Assembly: GCA_038496445.1 (NCBI GenBank)
Contig: JALMLS010000216.1
Coordinates: forward strand, 594,144 to 658,143
DNA length: 64,000 bases
Origin: Trichosphaerium sp. ATCC 40318
Taxonomy: Eukaryota; Protista; Tubulinea
Direction of reading: 5' to 3'
Under the pieces are notes generated by a model, which saw nothing but the letters and a program-made list of their open reading frames with translations, had not been told where the DNA came from and made no database searches. A program made the translations under genes and the position numbers. Position 1 is the stretch's first letter, and each line of letters begins with the position of its first letter. This document shows, piece after piece, positions 1-12,306 of the stretch.

Positions 1-99
1 ACAATTACATAAAGCATGAAAGACATTTCAGCAAGAAACACTTGAGCAAACACTTTGACACAATTTATCAAAACAAGATGCTTTGTTGAAGTTTACGCC

Positions 100-1274
100 T
101 CACGTTGAGCTTTTTGGTGTTTTGTTTATTAATTTATTCATATCAATTTCCAATCCAATAGGGCAATGATCAGAACCGCCATGTACTTCATTACTAATCC
201 AACTATTTTGAACACAATCAATAATATCATTATCAACTAAGCTATAATCTAAACGCCATCCTCTATGATTCTTACGATCATATTTTGGAAAAGGCCAGTA
301 AGAATACATTGTCTTTGGTCCATGAAAGTGTCTGAAGCTATCTACAAGGTTTGTCTTATCCATTAGATCAGTAATAGCATCTCGTTCTTGACTTGTAAAA
401 CTACTTGTATTTGCAAAATGAATAGGATCATGAATATCGATTTCCTACATTTTTAAATAAGTATCACATGTTAAACACGTGCTCTCGAAAAACGTTTGAT
501 TTATGAGTATTGTTGACAAGTTTGTGGTGATGAAAAACGTACATGATGGGCTGCGTTTAGGTCACCAATAATTACAACAGGTTTTTTAGTTTCTTTTTTC
601 AAACTCTGAACATGTTCGCAAAGTGCATCGTCCCACAATTTCCTACGCTCTAATCCTGTAAGTCTACGTACATAACCTGTACTTGGATTGTATATATTCA
701 TAAGAATAACTAAAAGAAAGGCGTTAGGAAGGTAAAATACATAAAACAAGCAAAGGGTTTTCTTACAATTTTCATATTCTAGTGTTATAAGTCTTCCTTC
801 TTTAGAGACAGAATGATCAACTTCAAGATTATTTATTACATTAACTGGTTTTGTTTTACTCAAAACAAGTGTCCCTGCATATCCCTAGGTCGCTGTTACT
901 GCACTGTGAATGAATTTTTGTTAAATTTCTGAAAATGTTTTTTTTCACTTTTTACCTTTTTTTCAGCAGAGTTCCAGTAGTGGTTGTATTTTGCAAATGG
1001 TTTTGTATCAAACGCCGAAAAATCTACTTGCTCCTTCATTGCCTTCACTTCTTGAAGGCAAATAACATCAGCATCGCCGCATCTTTTTTAAATTGATTAA
1101 TTGTGATTGTAAACGATATTTCTGGTTATTTAAACGCGTATGGTATTAGTTTTAGCGAGTTTGATGCTATAAAAAATAAAAGTACCGTTTAGAGTCCCAA
1201 ACGTTAGAGAATCCTTCTGTCTTCTTCAACGTAGCGCGTATACCATTGACATTCCAGCTGACAATGCGTAACAT
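100..1274 (-). CDS. APE1: AP endonuclease / exodeoxyribonuclease III (APE1/Xth family), spliced
   Basis: Hand-spliced protein starts MLRIVSWNVNGIRA. It contains LCLQEVK, EGRLITLEY, IIGDLNAAH, GWRLDY and GSDHCPI, the canonical ExoIII/APE motifs in order. Confidence 0.92.
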
Positions 1275-1486
1275 TAATAAAAGTAGCGCTACTTGTTGTA
1301 GCAACGCGTAATGCCAACTGTAATACTACAATACGTAAATCAAAGCACGTCAACTCAATTCTTATCTAGGTCATTGTTTACCTAAAAAGTGTCCAAATCC
1401 AAACTGTCATTTGGTTTTTGTTTATTTCTACGCCTCAAAAAAAGCTACAAGGTTTTTATGGTTTTTTTTTGTGATTTTTTGTTTCC

Positions 1487-3648
1487 TCACGTTTTGGCTT
1501 TTGATTTATTGAAGCTGTTTAAAAATCGCTTCAGATTAGGTAAAGTACTTCGTAGAGGAAGAACATCAAGACCACGTGCGTGCATCAACTAGAGTGGATT
1601 AAAAAGATGAGAAAACAACAAGTGGACGTACTTGTTCGAGGTTCTTGTTCAAAAGAAATACAGCATACTCAAAGCGAGTCCTATCAGATCCTCTAGAGTA
1701 CAACTGATAGTTTCCTTTGTTTAAAATTTCATCTTTTATACTTGATCGAGAGCACATTGGTGTCATTTGATATCGTAAAGGAATCTACAAAAAAAAAATA
1801 AGTTTTGCATTCAAATCTTTGATTTGTATTTGCACGTACTTCTATGTGTCGTGCTAGTAAGTCTAACATGTGACAAACATAGCCTAAAGCTGTAGCAATC
1901 TTTTCTTCATCATATCCAGCAAATGCATCAGAATTAGGAAGTGAAACACCATTTATAGCTAGAACACCTTCATATTCTGTACTTTTAGTTATTTTATAGA
2001 TACACCCGAGTTCGTAAATGAATCGGTTAAGATGAAATTGATTGTGTCTTTGTTGCTTCTTTAGTTCTTGCCTAAAACATTTATGAGTGGTCATGTTTTG
2101 TTAAATAGTTTATAAGCTTTTGGCGGTTGTCTTTACGTACTTCTCTTCATCTAGATTGAACTTTTCTTCCTTCACTTCCTTTTGACATGCTTGTAGTTTT
2201 ACTTCAGCCATTTTTAACTTTTGTACACGTGGAAGTAACCTTGATTTCATTGCATCTAATCTCGCTTTTTCTGAAGAAAAGAAAAAAAGCAGGTCAGTAC
2301 GAAAAATTCTGAAGATTTGGAAAAAAGTTAAAAAGGAGACAGAATCTACGCACTCTCTTTGATAATAGCATTTTCATTCTCCAGTTCTCGCTTTAATAGT
2401 TCTATTCGACTACGTTTCAAGTCGTTTTGAACCTCCTAGACCAACAACGAGAAGTTAGTTACTGAGCCTTGAAAAAAAAAAAAATCGTACAGCGTCTAAA
2501 AGTGACTCTTGAGATTGAAGTAGTGTCTGAAGATTACTACGAACTTTTTTTAATTCTTCTTGACTCTGTCTCTTCTGCTTCAGCTGCTGTACAACTCTAC
2601 AAAAAAAAATCCAAAGTCAATAAATACCAAATATAGGCTAAACACTTACTCCAACGTTTTTGATCGTGGACATGACAGCTATGTATCAGCGTAAATAACA
2701 TTTGATGCTCTACACAATCTTTTACCTTTTGTCTTTGCTGTCGTCGTTTCGCATCTTCTTTTAGTGTTTCTATATCAACCTCTGTTATTGCGCCACGTTG
2801 TACCTACAATAGAGTGAAAGTGAGTATCTACTGAACTAATACTTGAAAAAAAACCCCAAAACACCCCGGCACACCGCTGCTACTAATAAAACACGTACCA
2901 GTTCTTTGTATTGTTTACTTAGCAAGTAGTGGCCATCAAATAGCTTAAAAATAATTGTATTGGAGGCAAGTGACACTTGCTCCTAGAATAACCAGTTAGC
3001 ACAACACGAGATGCTTAGATTCTAGCGTCAAACGTACCAACTTATCAATATATTGAAGTTTAGCAAGGTTCACCTTAGATTTCATACAACACCTTGGTTT
3101 TTCGTATGTAGTATCCCAAACGCATATAATGAATACTATAGCAACATTTATGTCAGTCTACAAAAAAAAAAACAATAATTGAAGCGTGCCAGTCGTTTCT
3201 TTTGGTAGGACGTAATCAAAGTCCTCGTAAGAAAAGTGGCGCCACACAGGGTTCTAATTAAGCCGTTTAGCGTTGCTATGAGCAACAATAAAAAAGCGAC
3301 ATGTCGTGCATTTGAATTTTGTATAACTTCACTTTTGTAAAAAGGCTTTTCGACCTCTGTTACGCCAACTACATCTTTTCCTGTGCGAAGTCAACGTTTT
3401 ACGATGGTTTTGAATTTGTTAAGTAATTTTACTGGCGTTACAAGCTAAATATATGCGCACGTTCGTGAAGAGTAAAATACCAGTGCATTAGGGTGGGTTG
3501 TTCATTTTCAAAGCGTAAATCGAAAGCGGATATACTTCTCAGGTGCCTTACGCGTTTCTAATACAATAGTGAGTAAATTTGGTACGTGTTTGTGTAATAC
3601 AAATTGTTGGGGTAGATTTCCTGGACCATTGACGCTCTCCTCCGTCAT
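1487..3648 (-). CDS. UVRAG: UVRAG/Vps38-like subunit of class III PI3K complex II, spliced
   Basis: N-terminal C2-like region (RVRHLRSISA...FYKSEVIQNSNNPVW...FIICVWD), then a long coiled coil. It ends with ATALGYVCHML...RFEYAVFLLNKNLEQ...TLPNL, typical of the UVRAG C-terminal domain. Confidence 0.85.
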
Positions 3649-3745
3649 ATCGCAATTTGTGCATTCACACCTAGCGACAGGCACCAAACATTTTCAAAAC
3701 GACACTTAACGTTTATTGATAAGCTAGAATTCGCGGCCCGACTCA

Positions 3746-6700
3746 ATGGAGACGCCTAGAGGGCGTTTAGGGGTAGAGTCCATATTTATTGTCTCTGTTA
3801 CAGAGGTAATTTCGCAAAAGCTAAATTTCGCATACTTATAAGACCGTAGAACGCTCTAGGAGCTTTTGATAAGGAAAGCGTTGGTTCTATTACTAAAGTT
3901 GGCGTTCACAGTGACTCCATACAAATAACAGACACTGTACGCTGTTTCATCGCTTTATATTACTTTGGCAGTTAAATGTGTTGTTAATTTAGCCGTTTAG
4001 GTAAAATACAGATCAGTTTACCTTGGTTCACATCAACTACCTCTTGTCAGCATATTTGCTTCTCTACAATCTACATTTCTCTTACTTTTTGATAAACTCG
4101 ACAATACCATCACTAAAAAATTACACGATATTGCTGTAGATGTAAGGTAAGAAGAGCTCTTTGGTTCTAATTAAAAACAATTCCATAGCTAGGAGTAGTG
4201 TTGGAGAATTTAGTAATTTTTCTGGTTTTTTTTTAATTGACAATTAAACATTAGGGCGAAAGCGTACAAGGCAACTATTATTCTATGTGGTGTTCGTATA
4301 AAACCATCAAGAAAAGAGATTGCTAATCTTACCGAAAGCGTTCGTTCGTTAAATATAAACGCAACATTTTTAATAAGTACGTAAGCTAAATAGTACCCGA
4401 AACGGGCCATTTTTATTTTTCGCACGTGATTTTTATTTATTTATTTTTTATGTTTAATGAGTTGTAGGCGATAAGCGGAAGACATCAGGTTATACAGAAC
4501 TCAAGACAGCGCTCATAAACGCTTCTCTAAAGCGAGGAAAATGCCGATATCACGAGGCGATTAAAACAGTTCTAGATGCACCTACATCAGCTTTCATGGC
4601 CAAGAAAACGTTCAATGAGTTGTGTAAGAAAGCAAAGGTCGCAGAAGAAGACATACAATTGGTTTTAGAGGAAGTTATAGATACTGGCTTGGCACAATAC
4701 TCTCCGAAATGTAACACGCTACTTTGGGAGCCAGATGTTTTGTTTTCTTTCTTTGATGCTATTCGATCATTACCAGAACCTCTAGTACCTTTAGAGACTC
4801 TTGTTAAACAGTTTGGAAAAGAACCAGACAGCATGGAGTTTCAAGTATCGCTCGAACTTTGCTGGGGAAATTCAATTATTTATGTTAAAACACCTATGAA
4901 AGAAAGTAGAAATGGTAAAGGATATGATCTTCGCCCTATGCTCTTTGCACCTCTCTTGCTATCTCCGCGCCCTCCCAAATATCTAAGCAGTTTTTTAAAG
5001 CCTAGCAAAGACGGTGAAGGTTCGGAAGTAGCACAACAGTGGGTATTTGTATCTGATATCCCTGATCTTGTATTACACCGTGTTTTGCTTCATCTCACAG
5101 GCGTTTCAAAGGTACACAGATTATTACTATAAATACTAAACTTTGTTCTTTTTCTCATGCTGTGAAAGGTACGCGTGAGAGACATTTGGCGTCAAGGGAT
5201 TATCATTGATTCTGACACTGAAGAAATTGCTGTTTTTGCACCTACAAAAAATATACTACGTGTAAAAGCAAAGGAGTATCTAAGGTAAGCTTATCATTGT
5301 TGTATCATTCGAGAATTATGGTAACAGAAATCGTAGCCCTGCTGATTGGACTTTGTTTCTTCAAGCAATTGAAGCAGTTGAAGGAGGATTACAGATCAAT
5401 GGTGGAGACCGAGTAGAAAAGCGTCAAGTTGTTGTACCTCGTTCTAAGGGATCAAAGAGTGTTGATACATATTCTATGGATGATGTTTATAAACAAGCCT
5501 TTGCAGGTACAAAATACAACGCGAAAGATGATAAGTTGGAACGTTTGTATTTAAGTCGTTTTTAGGGTCAACGCAAATACAACTTAATATTGCTTTGACT
5601 TGTGATGTTAATGATGTAGCACCTGATCTAGGATTTGTCACCAAGAAACTATGTGCTGTTAAAGACATAGTTGTAGTAGCACAAAAGTGAGTGTTTTACA
5701 AGTACAACACTTGGAGGTATTGGTTTTTAACTGTATCTTGTTTAGGGAGTCTGAAGGAAAGCTTAAGGATGAAGTTGTCACAATACTTACAGATACAAGC
5801 TCTATGATCGAATTATCACGACGAAATCTTCTCCTCAGGTACTTACTATGAACATTTGAGTTTCATGTGCTTTTCACGTGCAAACCTTTTTTCGTTTGGA
5901 GAATTAAGTGCTTGTAGGCGATACACTCAATCCAATTTTGCAAAATATCGAGGTATATCCACATCGCCTAAAGGTCTTGTGTTTGTAAAGCAAGAGCGAA
6001 TGCATAAAATCATGCTTAAGGTACAGAGAGCTATTTGTCTTTTGGCTAAATTCAACTTTACTTAAACAACAATAGAAAAAGTGGAGTTGGAAACAGCGTA
6101 TTGCTGGTGCCATACAATTAGCTAATGGATTACATATTTTACATTCTCAGAATCCACCGCTCATTTTACCAGAGCTGAGATCATGGGTCGTTCGTGTACG
6201 TTCATATTTCTTTATTTTTCAGTGAGCATTACCTTTGACTCTTTTTTTACAACAGGCGAGTTTAAACAAACGTGATAAACCTGAAGTTAAGATTGGTATC
6301 TCACAAGCCAGATATGTTTACGGAGAACCATTGAGATCTATTTTAAGAATATCAGGAAATAGATTCCGCTTCAATCCACCTGAAGTAATCAACTCAAACT
6401 TGGCGATAGATCAAAGGTGATTTCCTCCATCGAGTGTCTGTTATTTTTAATAGTGTCTTAGGGCTAATATATACAGTCTTGGTATATTACTTTGGGAGAT
6501 TGCAAAGTGGGATGGATCTCTACCATTCTCAAGCTACAAGGAATATCTCGAATCTGAAAAGGAAGAAGAATTGAAGGAGAAGGAACTTCAAAATCAAGAA
6601 TTGCTTGATCATTACCGTCAAAATGGTACCTCCTCTCAGATTATGTAGGATCTCTTCCTAACATGTCTAAAAGGTATACACATCAAGGGTAATGTGGCAG

Positions 6701-6989
6701 TTGTACAAACATGGGATAACGCTCGTCTAATGGTTCGAAAACTTTGTTTCTTTTTCTTTTTTAATTCTTAACTTTTTTTTGTTCTTAGAAAGCTATTTGC
6801 AATGAAAGCCTTAGACCAGCAATAACAGATAGTATGCCTCCTGGATACGTAAAGATAATGAAAAGGTGTTGGTCTGGAAATGTTGATAGAAGGCCTAATA
6901 TGCATGAAGTCATTAAAGCGCTTGAAGGAGTTAGCAGTAAATTAAAAGATAATAGAAAAAAAGCTTCATTAAGAAGTCATAAAGACTAA
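3746..6989 (+). CDS. Roco-like protein: degenerate ROC, COR, degenerate TKL-type kinase domain, spliced
   Basis: ROC-like remnants: IFASLQSTFLLLFD and KATIILCGVRIK. COR-like segments: LEEVIDTGLAQY...LLWEPDVL, LFAPLLL, FVSDIPDLVLHRVL, IWRQGIII. Kinase C-lobe: GLHILHSQNPPLI, FNPPEVI, ANIYSLGILLWEI, CWSGNVDRRPNM. Confidence 0.7.
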
Positions 6990-7194
6990 CAACAATATGA
7001 TATTGTAGCTCCCAGCAGCATTGATAACAATAATAATATTCTGTATTTCTTTTCCTCGTGTATATTGGGTAGCTTCAGTCTAGACTAAATCACGTGCATT
7101 GCTTTGTAGCTCCGTTAAAAAAGTGCCTGTTTTCCGTAGTGTCGTTCACAGAATTCGTTGCTATAAGTCAGGTGATGGTCAATTTGCTCTGAGC

Positions 7195-8921
7195 ATGGCA
7201 GAGAAGGTAACCAAGCCGTTGCAAAACGTGTTTGAGCTAGAAAGCGGTATAGTAAAGCTAACTGTAACTAAAAAACTAAAATTTGATCCTAGGGCGCTAT
7301 CCAGGATGTGTAAGTCTTCCTTACGCGTTATCAAAGTGTAAAACTGAAGCAACGATCAATGGTTTTATATCTGAATTAAATAAAGCAGGAGTACCAGTCT
7401 CACCTTCAACTGCATGTATAATAGCGAACACGCATACAGAAACACTACTTGATAGATTAACAATCGGTGTGGCCGATTTACATGCCAGTATAGAAACAGC
7501 AAACCGCTTATTCAAAGATAAAGGCTCAGGCGATAGTAAAGGCGATACACAAACGCAAAAAACAGAAGAGTCAACTTTGCATGAAGAGTTGCCTGCCCCT
7601 TTTGATCTATCATCCGTACAAACGTTTCCTTTAGACAAGGCGAAATTCTCATGCAAAATTGAGGCGTTAAATGAGTCTGACACCTTTTTCACCGGATTTG
7701 TTGAGGTAAGAATTCTATGTTTTTGTGACAAAATCAGTTGCTGACTTAATACAGGCAAAAATAGACGCTGGAGCAATAAAAAGAACTGTTATAAGTTCTA
7801 TCATAATGAATAAGTTATCTAGTAACTACTCAAATACCAGTAATCCATTCACAGTCTCTTGTGATGGAGAAATAGTAAAATGTAAAGTACTTCTTTTTTT
7901 TTTTTTCATGCCTTCCTTTTTGTATTAATTGATTTCTCTAGCACCTATTGAACTTATACGAGCTCTTAAATCATCAGGACATAAAATAAGTGTTTGGATA
8001 GAACGAAGGCTTGCAAATTTTTTCCCTCTTTGGATAGAAGAAGATGGTTTAAAGGAGGTTCCTGTCCCACTAATGTTGAAACTCGAGCACTTCTTAGATA
8101 GCGCTGGACACCCTGCAATAATCCCATGTACACGTTATATTCAATATTTAACATAGGTACTGACTCTTGCAGCCCCACACACAGAGCTTGTTGTTGAGAT
8201 AAGGCCACCTGATACGAAAAAAGAAGGACAAGTTGAACTTGACACATGCCTAACTTGGTACCAATTGTTTTCTTTAATCGTCACTCTAATGTTCCTGATA
8301 AGGTACTCTGGTACACATGGTATTGGATTTAATCCGCGCATGTACGAATATTCAGACTGGGCAGGATTAAAGAAGCAAGGACCATACACTGGCGAACAAG
8401 CTGAGCAGTTTGTTGAAGTACAAGAAAATTAATATACACTCAGAATTGATGATCTATAGCTGGCTTCATTGTTTGGTACTGTACTTATTGACTGTGGAAA
8501 GAAACACAACCTACACGCAAAAGGATACGGATTAACAGGTGTTTGCGCAGACTCAGTAGCTGTTCTCGAAGCGGCAGTACTAGGAACAGTTTCGTCATTT
8601 CCTTTGATGGTATAGTTTTGTTTTTATCTCACTGCTTACATGCTTCACTTCTAGATGAGTAAAGATATAGTTAATGCAGGCATAAACAATGGCGAGTCAA
8701 ATACAAAGGACAGTCATTTAAAGAGCTTGTACAACACTTTGCGTAACGCTGTAAAAGCAATACCTTCTGATTCAGAAATCGATGTAAAGTCAGAACAGGC
8801 ATTGCTTGAACAAGCTAAAAGAGCACTAATATCTGTAACATGTAATTCAAACCCTCCTTTTGTCTGTATAACGAACGCAATAGAAGCTCTAGAAACGGCT
8901 ATAAAGCAACTGTCAAAATAA
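7195..8921 (+). CDS. Hypothetical protein, spliced
   Basis: Consecutive exons bounded by GT..AG. A conserved-looking C-terminal block reads GYGLTGVCADSVAVLEAAVLGTVSSFPL. No function recognised, and the start is approximate. Confidence 0.65.
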
Positions 8922-9345
8922 ACGAGGGTGTTTCATAGACCACCTACCGCAAACACTCACATTGAATTGTGAAGATTTTTGAATCCAAAGCATGATTATT
9001 ATACGCGACAGTCTGTGGATGGTGACTTACACCTGTGCTTGTAATAGTATCTCAAGAGGATGTTCATTTCGTGGTTTGTTCCTTGTTGTTGGACTAGGCG
9101 TTTCTCCTACGCTAGAGTACGTGTAGAAAATGTCAATGACTTTTGCTGGGCTGAAATATTGAACATCAATTATAGCTGTTACGCTTTTAGCTAGTAGACT
9201 CATTCAGGCGCGGTAGTACCTCATTTACCACGATGCTCATTGCTCGAACATCAGTTTTTGGGTTGCTCTTGATTTTGATCCCCAAAACCTTAGTTCGCTA
9301 GTATCAAAACAACAACTACTCAACTATCAAAGCAACACCTCCGCA

Positions 9346-10776
9346 ATGACAGAAACAAACCCTACAACTCAAGAAACAATGAACATCCCTACCGATATGC
9401 TCAAGACATGGTTGAGCAAAGTAAACAAGAACGAGACCCTCGACGAAGAAAGCTTCAAAAAAGTTTGCAAAGCAGTACGAAACGGCAACTGATTCACGTG
9501 TCTCCAACAGCCACTTACTCCTTTCTTGTTTACAGGTACAATCTAAATTTGCAGCCGAATCTTCTCTACTTCAACTGAAAGCTCCGATAATCGCTGTGGG
9601 AGATGTCCATGGAAACTTCAAAGACCTCAAAGGTACCAAAGCCGTTTTTTCACTCATTTTCTAAAATGATGTTCACTTTTTCTTTCAATTCTAATTTGTT
9701 GCTCACTCCTTTTCTCGTAGAAGTATTTCGCATTGGAGGATCACCAGCTGAAACGAAATACTTGTTCATGGGCGACATCGTCGACAGGTACGATCTTAAT
9801 CACCCAACACTTCTAAATCGCTTATACTTTGTGTTTTAGAGGAGACAAGTCTGTACCTTGCCTTCAGTTGATCTTTCTTTTGAAACTCCTATTCCCAACC
9901 AACGTCTACCTTCTTCGCGGAAACCATGAATGCCGTAAAGTATCCGAAGTGTACGCTAGCTTCTTAGAGTAATGTTGGGCAATTTTCTGATGTTCAAATT
10001 TAGATACGGATTCAAGGCCGAGCTCTACACTATGTACAATAAGGCAGGTGATGATTTGCATGAATTGTGCTCCAGCGTATTCGATGCTTTACCTCTCGCT
10101 GCAATGGTTAACAACAAGGTACGATCTTTCATACTTGTTTTTTTCTTTTCTTACTTTGGTTTAGACATTTGTCGTTCATGGTGGATTATCGCCAAGTATT
10201 AGTACCTTGAAGCAAATTGCTGATATGCCTCGCGGATCTGATGTACCTGAACATGGTCCTGTTACTGGTACAATATTCTTTTCTTTGTTTTGTTTTTTGG
10301 CTTGGAAGCTAATAGCACGTGTAGACTTACTCTGGAGTGATCCTGATCCTAATGTGACCTTATTTGGTATTAGCCCAAGAGGCGCTGGATTCGTATGGGG
10401 ACCTCTCGTAACCAAGACTTTCTGCGATACCAACGGAATCGACGTGATCATTAGAGCTCACCAGCTTGTTAAGGAGGTACAATACAATTATATTTTTGTA
10501 AATGCTAATAATGTTTAAGGGATTCGAATACTCTCATGACAACCGCGTCCTGACCCTTTTCACTGCTTCTAATTACTGTGGAAAGTGTGAAAACAAGGGA
10601 GGCTTTGTTAAAATTGGTGCTCAACTCGAGAGAGAAATGTACGTTGTTTCCTGACACTCTTTACAACTTATGTATTTACTTTTTTGTTCAGAGTTCAATT
10701 GGCCGTTGATGGTGCTTCCAAGCATGTTGATGAAGCTTCTGCTTTAATTGAATCAATTGCCAAGCTCAGCATTTGA
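9346..10776 (+). CDS. PPP-family Ser/Thr protein phosphatase catalytic subunit (PP2A/PP4/PP6-like, divergent), spliced
   Basis: GDVHG, GDIVDRG, LRGNHE, HGGLSP, DLLWSDP, SPRGAG, RAHQ and TASNYCG occur in order. Confidence 0.93.
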
Positions 10777-11566
10777 GAATCAATAATTTGGCCGATGATA
10801 TTGAGATAGTTGTGTTAGAATGGAACGAAGATCAAACTCTGTTCTGGTACTATACCCAATTCTTCTTTTTAAACACGTGATGACATGACAACATTTTATA
10901 TGTCAATCGTGATCTAACCCACACCACACTTCGGTTTTTTTAGGACGCACCTTCTTTATTGGAAATTTTTTTTTATTCTTCGAGTTTGTTCTAATGTTGT
11001 TTTGTTAGGACAAACTGTTTTAAATATTCATCCGCCCAAGCTTAATTAATTAATCGTAAGTAGTAATAATTCTAATTAATCCTTCACCTTTAATAAACCC
11101 TGCATTTCAATACAACAAAGCGTATTTGGTTAATTTCTAGTCTGTTGTAATGAACCACCCATGTTCTTACGAGATTCAGTTACCGTAAGGTACGTAAGTC
11201 ATACAATGAAGGACAACATTGCAACACAAATAGTTCACATTGTGGTAGATCTACACCATTTGACAGAAGTGTCAGATCTTGCTAGATCTGCTAAAAGTGC
11301 TGACACACGGCGCTATTTCGGGTATAAATGATTGTTAGAGTCCAGGTGTTAATATAAACTAATCTCCACGTTTTTTCTTTGTTGAATGTTGTTTTGTCGC
11401 CCTGAGTTCGCTTTAACGTATTGGCTGTAGTAGATAGTGTAAAAAAAAAACCTCTACTTTACATTGCTAACAAGATACAAAGTCTTCTTACTTCCTTAAA
11501 CTCTTGAATTGTAATATTACACATTGATTTGGTTATTTTTTTCGTTGGTACTTTAACTGTACTGGC

Positions 11567-11800
11567 AAAAAGACAATCTTGTCGTTTTGAGACAGCACCC
11601 GACTGCGCAATGGGGTGCCTTCAACATTCAGGGTTAATGAACGGTGCTGGAATAACGGTGTACGGTCTACACAAGTGGACATAGCCCAGTCCACATTTGA
11701 TAGTGGACAGGGCACGCCTACTGTGTAGGTGGAGCATATGTAGCCAAGATGTTATTCCTTGGCACGGAACTGTATCTAGGCTACTGCAACACGTTTACTG
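11567..11800. ncRNA. Candidate structured non-coding RNA (unassigned family; minus strand slightly favoured)
   Basis: GC-rich island in an AT-rich intergenic region with three clear stems (11595-11618, 11667-11728, 11740-11784). It is flanked by ATATATAA at 11820-11827 and an A5 run at 11567-11571 (T5 on minus). Confidence 0.5.
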
Positions 11801-12306
11801 CACACTGCTTTCCTCGCTGATATATAAGGAATATTGAAATACTTATGTACCATTCATTTTTGGATAAAAATAAAAAGTGGTATTCAGAAATGTTGATAAA
11901 ATACGATTTCAATCGCCCCACCATGTTACATTGGTGTTTATGAGCATGTTATATGTTCGTTTTATTGACCAAAGGTAAATTCAAGGACAATTTCATCTAA
12001 TTCACTGAAATATCCAGTTTAATACTCCAAATATGGATAATGCACATTTCAAAACACTCACAAACCCTTGTATTGCCTATTTTCATGCATACGAACGGTA
12101 TCGATGATGTTTTGGTTCGCGAAACGTGCTGCTAAACGATTAATTGTATCATGCTTGTTCAGTCTGTCAGTGCGTAATGTCGACATAAAAAGTCAAATCG
12201 CACATTCATGTACTAGCTAAAGTGTAGTTTGCTTCCACTAATATAACCAAGAAGTAATTTGTGAACCATGAGATTCGTGGTTTTTTCTTCTTTTTTATTT
12301 GTTACA

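Noticed and set aside
11627-11636. Calling the structured element telomerase RNA
   Set aside because: The template-like AACCCUGAA lies near the putative 3' end and partly in a small hairpin, no pseudoknot was identified, and the telomere repeat of this organism is unknown. Kept only as a hypothesis to test.
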